Shown piece by piece: positions 39,163-49,214 of a stretch of DNA of 64,000 bases. Both the position numbers and the translations under genes were made by a program. Every line of letters starts with the position of its first letter. Positions within the stretch are counted from its first letter, which is position 1. The notes beneath the pieces are model-generated. The model did not search any database. It saw only the letters and a program-made list of their open reading frames with translations, and was not told where the DNA came from. The stretch comes from a plasmid: NCBI RefSeq assembly GCF_054482595.1, contig NZ_JBTHVH010000001.1; one strand, written 5' to 3'.

Positions 39163-39957
39163 ATGACAGCACAAAATACTAAAACCATTCAATACCGCCT
39201 GCGTAATGGCCAGAGTGTAGAAGTGACCATCAATAATGATGGTGTACCTGGCGAAAAGGTTTCGATCTCTGATCTGGCTATCGAAAAAACCATCATGTGC
39301 CACCTTGGCTTTACTGAAGAAGTGAGCAAAAAGCATGGTGTAGCTATCTGGCGCACAATGGATACTGGCATGCGCAGATTCATTACTGCTCGTACCCCTG
39401 GTATGACCATGATGGACCTCATACAGATTGCGCCGCTGTTTGAGTGTGAACCTTTGGATGTATTCAGCAATCCAGCTATCTGCCAGCAGTTATATGGTGA
39501 GATGAAACTCGCGGTTACCCCCATTGTGCTGCATGAAGGATCGCTTGCTGGCGTATGGAAAGTAGAGCGAATTTCAAGCTACATGCCATTCCACATCCAT
39601 GTCAACGGCGTAATCGCAGGTGAAAATCAACCTGTTTCCGTTATAAAGTCAGACCTCAATCGCGCAATTCTTGAAGCAAGTTGTCGAGTTATCGGCCTGG
39701 GCAAACAGTCTTATGTTTCCTTCCCGGCTGGTCCTGAAGGCCCGGCAGAAATTCTGATTATGGATGCTGATCTGCTCTGGCAAATACAGTTTCTGATTGG
39801 CAAAAGCATCATCCGTGCTGAAGAACTCGATCAGTACATTACCTGCACGATGACGGATGAAGTCAAAAGTGTGGCTATAGCCAATGCCCGGAACCTGTGT
39901 CGTGCTGCATTAACAGAACCGCAAGAAAACATTCCAGAAGAAACAGAAAGTGACTAA
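39163..39957 (+). CDS. Hypothetical protein (264 aa)
   Basis: Clear ORF after ssb. No motif recognised. Confidence 0.6.
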   Translation: MTAQNTKTIQYRLRNGQSVEVTINNDGVPGEKVSISDLAIEKTIMCHLGFTEEVSKKHGVAIWRTMDTGMRRFITARTPGMTMMDLIQIAPLFECEPLDVFSNPAICQQLYGEMKLAVTPIVLHEGSLAGVWKVERISSYMPFHIHVNGVIAGENQPVSVIKSDLNRAILEASCRVIGLGKQSYVSFPAGPEGPAEILIMDADLLWQIQFLIGKSIIRAEELDQYITCTMTDEVKSVAIANARNLCRAALTEPQENIPEETESD

Positions 39958-40154
39958 TAAAAACCCCGTCAGTTGGCGGGGAACTCCACGTCAAATGGCC
40001 AATTGTTATGTCAGCTAGCAGTTAAAGCGCCTAGTCATCATCTTTTAAAGAAGTCTTTTTAACTTACCTAAATTAGTGACACCTCCCGTTTTGCTTGCTA
40101 TTGTACGCATTCATGAATCTATTCATTAATCTATTCACAATAGTAATTAAAACT

Positions 40155-41459
40155 ATGGCTATACATGCAACAACAATCCGTAATTTGCTCAATCAAGGTC
40201 CTATGACACCAAGACAATTGGTTGAAAGACTAGGTGTTAGCCAACCAACGATATCTAGAGCATTAAGAGATCTTGGTGATGAAATCGTTAGGATCGGAAA
40301 TGGAAGATCTATTCAATATGCTTTACGAGACTCTTTTAGAGGATTCGAATCAGTCCCCATTTATCGTATAACTGAAGAGGGGTGTATTTGCGTTCTTGGT
40401 ACTCTCATTCCGGTGAGGCCAGAAGGCTATGTTATGGTTGAGGAAGGGAAAAATAACAGGCATAGCGATGGGTTACCTTGGTGGTTATTTGATATGCGTC
40501 CACAAGGCTTCCTTGGAAGAGCATATGCATCAGCATATGCTCTTGAACTTAACCTTCCCTCAAATCCAGAGCAATGGTCAGATACTGACGTGATCAAAGC
40601 CTTACTTAAGCATGGGCATGATGTTGTTGGTAATTTGTTAATTGGAGAGCAAGCACGCACGCATTTTTTAGAGATGCAGCCTCCTGTTCCTGTTAATCGT
40701 GAAAGTGAATATCCTGTATTAGCTTTAGCTGCTGGTGAAGGTGATGTGCCCGGTTCATCTGCTGGAGGTGAACAACCCAAATTTTGTACTTTCACAGAGC
40801 GTGGACATGTATTAGTGAAATTCTCTGCGCCTAACGACACCCCTATAAGTGAGCGTTGGAGAGATCTCTTGTTTGCTGAACATCTCGCATTAAAAGTTCT
40901 GGGGGTAGAAACAGAAGTTTTTGATTATAACGGTCAGAGATTCTTGGAAATTCCCCGATTTGATCGTGTTGGTCAACTAGGTCGGGTAGGTGTATTCTCA
41001 CTTCGTGCACTTGATGCAGAATTTGTTGGGAATGCAAGAGCAACATGGCCCTTGCTGGTTAAAGAGTTGGTAAAAAATAAGTGCGTCCATCCTGATGCGA
41101 TTATTATAGCAACAAGGCTATGGTCTTTTGGTTTGCTAATAGGCAATACCGATATGCATAATGGTAACCTATCGTTTATTAGTAGCCACGGACGCCCATA
41201 TCATATTGCTCCAGCCTATGACATGTTACCTATGGGTTTTGCTCCACGCTCTGGGGGAGCAATATCTAATGAGCTTAGAAAAACAGCACTACCAGACTTT
41301 GTAAGTCGAAAAATATGGGATGAATCTCTTGAATTGGCTGAAAAATTTTATGCATTGGCCTGTGAGTCCGACAAATTCTCAGCTAACTTTACTCCATGTT
41401 TAGAAGCGCTACGCATCCACCTAGATGATTGTAAGATACGCATAGCCCGCCTGGCATAA
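40155..41459 (+). CDS. HTH-fused HipA-family kinase (YjjJ/HipH-like)
   Basis: N-terminal wHTH (LGVSQPTISRALRDLG). SSAGGEQPKF glycine loop. IGNTDMHNGNLSF catalytic motif. APAYDMLPM. AT-rich by eye. Confidence 0.8.
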   Translation: MAIHATTIRNLLNQGPMTPRQLVERLGVSQPTISRALRDLGDEIVRIGNGRSIQYALRDSFRGFESVPIYRITEEGCICVLGTLIPVRPEGYVMVEEGKNNRHSDGLPWWLFDMRPQGFLGRAYASAYALELNLPSNPEQWSDTDVIKALLKHGHDVVGNLLIGEQARTHFLEMQPPVPVNRESEYPVLALAAGEGDVPGSSAGGEQPKFCTFTERGHVLVKFSAPNDTPISERWRDLLFAEHLALKVLGVETEVFDYNGQRFLEIPRFDRVGQLGRVGVFSLRALDAEFVGNARATWPLLVKELVKNKCVHPDAIIIATRLWSFGLLIGNTDMHNGNLSFISSHGRPYHIAPAYDMLPMGFAPRSGGAISNELRKTALPDFVSRKIWDESLELAEKFYALACESDKFSANFTPCLEALRIHLDDCKIRIARLA

Positions 41460-41464
41460 ACAAC

Positions 41465-41488
41465 AAATCCCGCCGATTGGCGGGATTT
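41465..41488. terminator. Bidirectional terminator
   Basis: Perfect 10-bp stem AAATCCCGCC/GGCGGGATTT. Confidence 0.75.
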
Positions 41489-41490
41489 CT

Positions 41491-41799
41491 TCAATATACG
41501 ATCTGGTCTGCATGATCACCAAAATCATCGTCGTCGTCCTCATCGCCACCATCTACTGCTGGCCAATCAACAAACCAGCCAGCGTAAAGATGCAGCGTTC
41601 GGAGAACATCACTTGCGGGAGCATCAAGGGTGTTAACGAATCCCATATAGCTATTGGGATTTGCCCCAGCTATGGCTTCAGCGATCATGTCCTCGGTAAT
41701 GTCACCGGAGATAATGCTTAAACGCCCGGAAACTTCTTCATTATCATCAAATTCGATAATGGCATCTCCGCCTAATGGCGCTGCGATTTTAATCTGCAT
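41491..41799 (-). CDS. iddB: IddB-position acidic protein
   Basis: 102 aa. Overlaps the ddrB end. Contains a DEDDDDD tract. Confidence 0.6.
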   Translation of the reverse strand: MQIKIAAPLGGDAIIEFDDNEEVSGRLSIISGDITEDMIAEAIAGANPNSYMGFVNTLDAPASDVLRTLHLYAGWFVDWPAVDGGDEDDDDDFGDHADQIVY

Positions 41800-44776
41800 T
41801 ATTTAGCTCCTTTGCCACACCTAATAACAGTTCCAGCAATCCGTCACCATTCATCAGTGATGCGGCAGCGGCCTCTTTGTCATGATACAACTGAAGAGCC
41901 ATAGAGAATACTTCCGTTGCTGACGTTTTGGAAATAGTCGGTGATTTCTGCCGAATTTTCCCGGTGTTACTTACTGAGGCTGGCGGGTATACCTTCGCCA
42001 TATAAATATTACTCAATCGAGATCTGAAGCACCATTCAGGCTTGCCACGCCCACCGATATTAACGAAAGATGGCTTATCCCCTTCAACATTGGCCTTCAG
42101 GAATGACCGGGCTTTCTCTAACAAACCAGGGTTACTGTACTCAAGATGATGACCCAGCTCGTGCCACAGTGCACTTGCATTTTCATCGTTCAAATTGACA
42201 GCAACAACACCATTAAGATTTGCATATGCCCTTCCCTGGTGGTGAACCACCTTTGATAAGGTCGATATTTTCCCGCCGGTCAGGCGATAAATATCAGCAA
42301 GTTCCTTGCGCAGGTCTATCCCACCACTCTGTCCAGCGCGGGCTTCTTCCACTTCTTCCGTGATAAAAGAGTCGGCCCACTCAAGAGCTTTTTCTTCAGA
42401 TACGGATGAGTTGGCTATCGCACTATTCATGGCAGATAACACTTTCTCGTGGACCGAACCCATACTTCGCTGATTCATTTGCCAGCGTGTCTGCGGGTTA
42501 TATGAGAATCGCTTAAGTAGTTGGTCAAGATGCTCAAGTTCTTCTTCGCTGACATACTTTTTAGCCTCACCAATAATGCCGGGGAGAATATTGCCGTTAG
42601 GATTAAACGCTCGCGAAAGGAAGAGTTTCAGCGCCCCCATGCCCTCCGATGCTTCAATATCACCAATAACACGGTTAACAATGGCCGCACTCTTCGGATT
42701 AGCATCCGCCAACGCTCTGGCTACGATTTGCAGGGACGATACGACCTCACGCTGCATATCAGTCCTGATCTCATCAATAAACTCTGGCGTTATGCCGTGC
42801 TCTTTAAGGATATCCCTGCCTTCCGCCGTTACCCCATCGATATCACCGACATGTTTATTAACCTGACTTTGCAATGCCTTAAATGCCTTCAGAATTCCAC
42901 GGGCATCATCAGCTTTACTAACGGCCTTCCTGAATGCTGGCAAGAAGTCAGAGTTAACCTCATTTTGTTGATCGGCCCACTGAATGGAGGCTTCTTTCAT
43001 CTCGTCCAGAGTCAGATCACCCAACGCGGTATGGTCTGTGAATATGAGCGACAACCTCTGAACCATTTCTGCCAATGGTGATGCCGAATGCGCCGCGCTA
43101 AGGAATGCTTTCACCCTGGTTGGGCGAATGGAAAACCAGTCAATAGCTGGTGGCATATCTCCGTTTTTTATCGCCTGCGCTATCTCGTCAAAGCCATCGC
43201 GCCCAAGGGAGGATGCGTGATTTAACAAGCCGCGAAGTAACGAATTGCTGATACCGAATAATCGGCACCATTTTTTCACGTCGGCAACAGGCATTCGAAC
43301 AAAATGCGCAAGCACTTGTACAAGCTGTTCATCCTGGGGATCTGTGCGGGAAAGCAGCCTGATCAGATGAATAATGTCTTTGATGCCGGATGCCCGATGT
43401 AATAGCAAACTGGTATACGGAGCAACACCGTTGTAACTACCGCCGGAAACGGACTCGAAAAGACCGCCGGATATCCCTTGCATGCCTTCGTTTTCCAGTT
43501 CCTGAGACACCTGGCGAAGGATATCCTGTAACGACACATCACCACCGCCAAACATATCCCCCAGCGCCTGGCCCTGGTGCTGTAACTCATCATTGATACG
43601 TTGAGCCATCAATTTAAAGGCGGTGGCCATACGCTTCGCGCTACGGTTATTCGCGACGATGAACAACGCGAGCGCTTTCACTTCCGGGGCTGTTTCGCTG
43701 AACATATCCCCCTGAGCAATAACATCGATAATATGTTGGCCTGACTCCTTCGATTGCCTTACCAGGTCTACCGCATCTTTCAATGCCGCCAGCGCCTTTT
43801 TATCGAGACTATCCGCTGTCTCAATACCATCAACAATAGTTGTCACAGCCTGCTTGTGCGCTTCTCCTGATAAAGCCTGCATCTGGACAAAATCATTGGC
43901 TGCCGCATTAAGCGCCGTCAGAACATTACGCATATCCGGATCAGGTTCTTCTGCAACCATCCTTACCAGGCGCGCATCCTTATATGCCTTGGCAAAGATC
44001 GCGTTTTGTATACGGTCTACAAGTTGCCGTGTTGGTCGCCCATCTTCCGTTACAAGGCCAGCAGCCTGTGTGGCACCAACTTGCGTCATGAATCCGCGAA
44101 TAAACGCGTCATTACTGCGGCTAAGCAGATCTCCGCTTTCTGATGGGTTAAACAGCGTCATCATCGCCGGAGTTATGCTGTCAGCATCAACAAAAGCCTT
44201 TTCACTGGCTGCCATTTCCTGAAGATCAGAAATATTTGAGTCCTTGGCAAACTGAACGCGGTCAACCTTAGTTAACCGGCGGCGCACCAGTACCGGAGCC
44301 GCCATTGATTCAACCTTTTCAGGTCGTATGCCGAATTCGGTCGCATGATCAATCAGGTACTCACGATACCGATCCGCATTGCCGTCCTGATAGGCTTTGA
44401 TGATCCCCATGGTCCGTCCATTACCTGACTCAACGGCATTGTCCTCACCAATTATCGGCGCGCCATGGCTGGATAAACCGGAATCGGTAAGCTGGGCAGG
44501 ACGCAAATCCTTGGATATCTGGTTGACCTGAAGAAGACTGGATGCGCGGGTCCGGTCGCGCGGCTGAAGTTCCTGGGGATAGTCAGGGTTAATTTTCCCG
44601 TCCAGAGTATTGGATACCAAAAGAGCTGAGGCATCGACGATATCAAACGCTGTTTTTACCTCGTCTCCCTTCGCTGTCACCACATACGAAACCCGCCCGT
44701 AATTGGGCAGGTTTTTTAGCAGCTCGATCAGCGTTTCTATGCTGGTGGCCATTACCACCTGATCGCTTAAGCTCAT
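41789..44776 (-). CDS. ddrB: DdrB
   Basis: 995 aa, in the P1 gene order darA-ddrA-ddrB. Contains HELGH at 42149-42163. Confidence 0.75.
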   Translation of the reverse strand: MSLSDQVVMATSIETLIELLKNLPNYGRVSYVVTAKGDEVKTAFDIVDASALLVSNTLDGKINPDYPQELQPRDRTRASSLLQVNQISKDLRPAQLTDSGLSSHGAPIIGEDNAVESGNGRTMGIIKAYQDGNADRYREYLIDHATEFGIRPEKVESMAAPVLVRRRLTKVDRVQFAKDSNISDLQEMAASEKAFVDADSITPAMMTLFNPSESGDLLSRSNDAFIRGFMTQVGATQAAGLVTEDGRPTRQLVDRIQNAIFAKAYKDARLVRMVAEEPDPDMRNVLTALNAAANDFVQMQALSGEAHKQAVTTIVDGIETADSLDKKALAALKDAVDLVRQSKESGQHIIDVIAQGDMFSETAPEVKALALFIVANNRSAKRMATAFKLMAQRINDELQHQGQALGDMFGGGDVSLQDILRQVSQELENEGMQGISGGLFESVSGGSYNGVAPYTSLLLHRASGIKDIIHLIRLLSRTDPQDEQLVQVLAHFVRMPVADVKKWCRLFGISNSLLRGLLNHASSLGRDGFDEIAQAIKNGDMPPAIDWFSIRPTRVKAFLSAAHSASPLAEMVQRLSLIFTDHTALGDLTLDEMKEASIQWADQQNEVNSDFLPAFRKAVSKADDARGILKAFKALQSQVNKHVGDIDGVTAEGRDILKEHGITPEFIDEIRTDMQREVVSSLQIVARALADANPKSAAIVNRVIGDIEASEGMGALKLFLSRAFNPNGNILPGIIGEAKKYVSEEELEHLDQLLKRFSYNPQTRWQMNQRSMGSVHEKVLSAMNSAIANSSVSEEKALEWADSFITEEVEEARAGQSGGIDLRKELADIYRLTGGKISTLSKVVHHQGRAYANLNGVVAVNLNDENASALWHELGHHLEYSNPGLLEKARSFLKANVEGDKPSFVNIGGRGKPEWCFRSRLSNIYMAKVYPPASVSNTGKIRQKSPTISKTSATEVFSMALQLYHDKEAAAASLMNGDGLLELLLGVAKELNNAD

Positions 44777-44788
44777 CCCTGTTACGCC

Positions 44789-45154
44789 TTACTCTGCCTC
44801 TTTAATGTTGGCGGCTATCCATGCCGCCGTGTGCTGTTTAACCTGGTCCAGATCGATGTATGTGCCAACATATTGACTCAAGTCCTGCAACGTACCGATA
44901 AATGCATCGGTGCTCTGATCGACGAATTTATCAGCCAGGAAATCAGCAACCAGTTTTGGCACACCATCATGTACCGAAGGTTGTTTTTCCTCGCCACTAC
45001 TGCCGCCGGACACACCGTACCCCATCTGTTGCATGATCTGGTCAATTTCATCGCTGATATCCAGCAACTCCATGCCACTCGCGGTAGCCGCTTTGGACAT
45101 CAGAGCATCCAACTTATCGCTGAGATCCATTAACTCAATAGCTGATAGTGTCAT
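44789..45154 (-). CDS. ddrA: DdrA
   Basis: 121 aa, directly after darA. Confidence 0.7.
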   Translation of the reverse strand: MTLSAIELMDLSDKLDALMSKAATASGMELLDISDEIDQIMQQMGYGVSGGSSGEEKQPSVHDGVPKLVADFLADKFVDQSTDAFIGTLQDLSQYVGTYIDLDQVKQHTAAWIAANIKEAE

Positions 45155-47070
45155 GCCGCTACCCCCGCTTTCTGGATTGCTACCAACAGATCAGCCAGGT
45201 GGCGAGCTGCGCCGTTAACCAGCTCTTCGTTTTCCTCAAAACGTCCGGCAGCCTGAAGGGCTGCAATCGCTTCCCGGACATTGCCCCGGGCGTTACGGAT
45301 CTCCGCCATGTCAGTGCTTTGTATATCCATCACGTTATTGAGATATTCAATGGCTTTATTAGCCTCTGCATCTGCTTCGCTAACCGTTTCATCAGGCTGT
45401 GCCGGGGCCGGTTCTGGCTGAGTAATCTCACCGACTTCGGCCTGCAATGCATTGATCATGCTCTGCACCATTTTCTCGGTGCCAGCGCCCCCAGGAAACG
45501 CAATATTGGGGAAAGTTTTTTGAAACTGAGTTTTCAGCATTACGCGGAACTCGTCTGGTGAGCTGGTGGCCAGCTCCAGAGCTTTTTGTGCATATTTGCC
45601 AAACGGACCATTAGTAAGTGTCTTCGCCAGGAAGTCGAAAGAATCCTCGCGAGGCAATAACTTCAGGTCGTACTCACTCATTTGCTGATCAGAAAGCGGG
45701 GTATCGTAAGTAGCAATGCCGTAGCGTGCATATTCATAATACGGGTCACCTTCATCAGGGCGCGGCAGAATTGCTTTGTTACCTTCAGGTATTGCGCCAG
45801 GGGCCGCCGGACGCATTTGCAAGGCATATCGATATGCACCTACAGAGACTTCTGGTTCAGGCGAAGAGCTACCGGTATCCTCCGCTGGTTCAGGTTCGAC
45901 GTTTTCCGGTTTATGTTCTTCTGGTTGGACCAGATATTCCGATACATTACCCGCTTTGTAGGCTTTAAACAGCTTGCCGATCGCATCTGCCATGTCCACA
46001 CCCTGTATGGATTTAGCCTTGATCATGTACACGCTGCCATCCGAATCGGTTAACTGGATATACCCTTCGCCGTCCTCAATGAATTGCTTCATTGATGCTC
46101 CATTACTGAGCGTCACTTCCCCGTTCATATGCATACGATTTTTGATACTGGCAAGGCGATCCGTCAGCGCGCGCGAGTGCCCACCAGTCATCCCCGCTGG
46201 ATCAATGGTATCGCGCCCACCTGTGCGATTGAGCTGATCAATCTCCGTCTGCAAACGCTCATTCTCTTCATAAAGAGAATCCGCTTCCGATGCAACAGCG
46301 TTAATTTTCTGCTCCAGATCTACCTTCTGCCCTTCTACCGCTGCCACCTGATCCGCGAGGTCGCTCATGGCATCCTCTTTCTGGTCACTGTCAGCCTGTA
46401 GTTGGGTTATTTCATCAACCAGGGCTTTTTTCTTCTTCTGCGCACGCTGGAATTTTGCCGAGTTTTTCTCTGCAAGGTTGGCAAGTTTCATGGTGACCTG
46501 CGCCAGCGTCATATCACGTCCACTCATCGGAGCAACGGTGTGAGTAACGTCTTTTTTATTCAGTAAGAACTGGAAAGCAACCAGCGTATCGCTATTGGTG
46601 ATCCGGTTTTCCGCTGTCGGGCTATGAAACAGAATGCTGATAGTCTGACCATCACTGAGCGGAATAATGGCTGGCAGGACCGGCAGCCCGTTAACGTTAC
46701 GTGCCCGGCCAATTTCAGCACCGCCGATCGCGCGCGCGCCGCTCTGGGCCACCTCCCCCGTTTTATCACTCCCCGCAGAGATTCCGGTACCATTCAGCTT
46801 CTGGTTCAATGCCCGGACAAATGCCTGCATGGTCCGGTGTAACTGCAAACGAGTAGAACTAATCGCCTCCAGTAAATCCGTAGCACACCAGTGGATCGGC
46901 GTGTCATAGAAGAACGTAGCCTCGATTTCCTCCAGGGTGTTGGATTCCGTCATCAGATAGCGGTCCTCACCGGCCATTAATGCGCGATATTCATCATCAG
47001 TCACTGGCGGGGGAAGCACGTCAAGCCCAGGCTTGATCGTCACCCCTTTATTGATATTTAACTGTTCCAT
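45151..47070 (-). CDS. darA: DarA, anti-restriction virion protein
   Basis: 639 aa, as recalled for P1 DarA. Position is hdf-darA-ddrA. Confidence 0.85.
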   Translation of the reverse strand: MEQLNINKGVTIKPGLDVLPPPVTDDEYRALMAGEDRYLMTESNTLEEIEATFFYDTPIHWCATDLLEAISSTRLQLHRTMQAFVRALNQKLNGTGISAGSDKTGEVAQSGARAIGGAEIGRARNVNGLPVLPAIIPLSDGQTISILFHSPTAENRITNSDTLVAFQFLLNKKDVTHTVAPMSGRDMTLAQVTMKLANLAEKNSAKFQRAQKKKKALVDEITQLQADSDQKEDAMSDLADQVAAVEGQKVDLEQKINAVASEADSLYEENERLQTEIDQLNRTGGRDTIDPAGMTGGHSRALTDRLASIKNRMHMNGEVTLSNGASMKQFIEDGEGYIQLTDSDGSVYMIKAKSIQGVDMADAIGKLFKAYKAGNVSEYLVQPEEHKPENVEPEPAEDTGSSSPEPEVSVGAYRYALQMRPAAPGAIPEGNKAILPRPDEGDPYYEYARYGIATYDTPLSDQQMSEYDLKLLPREDSFDFLAKTLTNGPFGKYAQKALELATSSPDEFRVMLKTQFQKTFPNIAFPGGAGTEKMVQSMINALQAEVGEITQPEPAPAQPDETVSEADAEANKAIEYLNNVMDIQSTDMAEIRNARGNVREAIAALQAAGRFEENEELVNGAARHLADLLVAIQKAGVAA

Positions 47071-47071
47071 G

Positions 47072-47683
47072 TTAATTTCCTGCTTTCAGTTGCTTAAGAC
47101 GACGTTTGAGTTCGCCATTCCGTGCCTTTTCGTTATTGAGTCGGCCCGTCTCCTTATCCAGCTTCGCCCGCAAATCAGTGATCTGCTGTTGATTGAAAGA
47201 CACCGAATTCTGCGCGGACTTATAAGCGGCAACCACCTGAGCATTCCGCTGTTTTGCTTCTTGCAGGCGCTGAAAGTTGGATTTAACTGCCGGTTTCTTG
47301 TCTACCGGATTGGCAACACGCTTCGCTTTGGCGATCAGTGATTTCTGGAATTTTGCGGAGTTTTTGCGGGCCGCCTGTCCCATGACGGTACCAAGCGTCT
47401 TGATATCCGGCGACTGAGCGTTAGGAATAGCTTTTCCATTCAGTTTCACAGACGATATATCGCCAGTATCGTTTACCTGTATGGCAAGAATTTGTCCGTC
47501 GTTAAGAACCAGCTTTGCGGTTTTAACTTTAACGCCATCTTTCGTTGTTGCGCGGTTGCTGGAGTCAACCTCAATTACCGTAACACCGGTTTTATTGATC
47601 GCCGCGATAAGGGATTTCAGCCCCTTTTCATTAACCTGGTCAAAATCGACCGTTGCATACTTATTTTTCGTCATCTGACACAT
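47072..47683 (-). CDS. hdf: Hdf
   Basis: Lies between lydB and darA. The start may instead be the MTKNKY Met at 47674. Confidence 0.7.
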   Translation of the reverse strand: MCQMTKNKYATVDFDQVNEKGLKSLIAAINKTGVTVIEVDSSNRATTKDGVKVKTAKLVLNDGQILAIQVNDTGDISSVKLNGKAIPNAQSPDIKTLGTVMGQAARKNSAKFQKSLIAKAKRVANPVDKKPAVKSNFQRLQEAKQRNAQVVAAYKSAQNSVSFNQQQITDLRAKLDKETGRLNNEKARNGELKRRLKQLKAGN

Positions 47684-48104
47684 CCTGTGCGAGATTTATT
47701 ACGTAACTTCTGCGGATTTGCTGAGTAACAGGGAAAATCCGATACAACGGGTTAATGAACGAGTCGCCATGCGTAACCATGATGTTGAAATGCCACAGTC
47801 GCTCTCCTTTACCCATATATTCAGTGGGTATGTACAACCATTCACTGTTTTCGCCCTGTTCAGCCGACGTCAGACAACGTTGTTCACCTTCAATCACTGT
47901 CGTCGGCTTCTGAACATCGCGGATCCAATATCTGACCGTTGCGCCGCGCAAAAACGGGAATTTAGACCGGTACTTGAACGGCACCCGGATGAAACCCGGT
48001 TTAATTTCCACATCACCAAGTTCTAAATGCGTGATGTCCTTGCGTTTTAGCAAATAGCGATCGGCTAAGGCTAACGCAAGAACGCATACACCCCAGCCAA
48101 TCAT
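47661..48104 (-). CDS. lydB: LydB, holin antagonist
   Basis: 147 aa, following lydA. Confidence 0.75.
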   Translation of the reverse strand: MIGWGVCVLALALADRYLLKRKDITHLELGDVEIKPGFIRVPFKYRSKFPFLRGATVRYWIRDVQKPTTVIEGEQRCLTSAEQGENSEWLYIPTEYMGKGERLWHFNIMVTHGDSFINPLYRIFPVTQQIRRSYVINLAQDVSDDEK

Positions 48105-48430
48105 TTCCCGCCTCCCTTTTTCACCAAACTTGTAAGAACATTCAGAATGCTATCGATATTCACTCGTTTCATCCCTGAAATCACCTCATGACCGTTATTG
48201 CTGGCTATCGTTACCATTAAGTACGTAATTGATAACTCCCAGCCCTCGTGTTGCCCCAATAGGTACGCCACCGCGCCAGCTGTCACTGCAACAAAGATCT
48301 CCGTAACCAATCCCAACAAATTGCCAGACTGGCGACCGTCTCGGACATCCATCAGGAACGTGCCTATCCCACCAATTACTGAAAGCAGGAGCGCAATAGC
48401 AACTGGAGCTAATTCCTGTGTGTCAAGCAC
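48101..48430 (-). CDS. lydA: LydA holin
   Basis: 109 aa. GTG start after AGGAGGG. Has membrane helices. Confidence 0.8.
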   Translation of the reverse strand: MLDTQELAPVAIALLLSVIGGIGTFLMDVRDGRQSGNLLGLVTEIFVAVTAGAVAYLLGQHEGWELSITYLMVTIASNNGHEVISGMKRVNIDSILNVLTSLVKKGGGK

Positions 48431-48460
48431 AAGTTCCCTCCTACGTTGTCAGGAGGTAAT

Positions 48461-48480
48461 GGTATGCAAAGTAACTTCTC
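48461..48480 (-). promoter_or_regulatory. Candidate late promoter for the lydA-dar operon
   Basis: The minus strand reads GAGAAGTTACTTTGCATACC, close to the R-gene motif GACAAGTTACTTTTCTTACAAT. Confidence 0.5.
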
Positions 48481-48497
48481 AACCGGTCATTTGTTGC

Positions 48498-48779
48498 TTA
48501 AGAGGCATTTCTATTGAGGTACGAATCGATAATCCTTTGTAACTTTTCAAGAATGAGCCTGTTATTGATGCTGCAAATAATAGTCACGCAATTCTGAAGA
48601 CTTTCATCCATACCCTTATATTCCGCGAAATACATGCCTATAAAGCCTGCAAGTACGGCAGCAATACACTCGGCCATCAATTGCCTGTATGACGCTTCGT
48701 AACGTTTTTCACGAACCCCATTCAGAAACGAATGCACCCCGCCAAGGATGGAGAGGAGCATTATTGTGAAATCACACAT
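48498..48779 (-). CDS. LydA-like holin paralog (93 aa)
   Basis: LLSILGGVHSFLNGVREKR and AAVLAGFIGMYFAEYKG parallel the LydA segments IGGIGTFLMDVRDGR and AVTAGAVAYLLGQHEG. Confidence 0.55.
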   Translation of the reverse strand: MCDFTIMLLSILGGVHSFLNGVREKRYEASYRQLMAECIAAVLAGFIGMYFAEYKGMDESLQNCVTIICSINNRLILEKLQRIIDSYLNRNAS

Positions 48780-48906
48780 AACTATTTCCTTAATAGTGAA
48801 TTAAATATCATTGGGAAACGGTATGTACTTTGTGATTTCCACACATACTGGTTTTTGTTAATTAAAATCCGCAGCTTGCTATAAATAACGATAGTGAGCA
48901 GAAAAT

Positions 48907-49053
48907 ATGCTAATAGGCTATGTACGCGTATCAACAAATGAACAAAACACTGCTTTACAACGAAACGCTCTTGAAAGCGCAGGATGTGAGCTAATTTTTG
49001 AGGACAAGGCGAGTGGAAAAAAGGCTGAACGACCAGAGTGAAAAAGGCTTTTG
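48907..49053 (+). pseudogene. cin: cin invertase remnant (N-terminal ~40 codons only)
   Basis: [38 protein letters not shown] is a serine-invertase N-terminus. The frame slips at an A5 run and stops at 49051-49053, and no catalytic body follows. Confidence 0.8.
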
Positions 49054-49214
49054 ATAGGTAAACTCTGGTCGTATGAAAGTTAAATTTGCGTGGGTGCAGC
49101 ATGCGCTCACTCTTGAGGCATGAACGGTAATCATCTGATAACTTGTAGCTCGATTATCCGGACGCACTGGAACCAGTCGATGCTTCCAGCGATCCAGATA
49201 TTTCATTAAATGGA

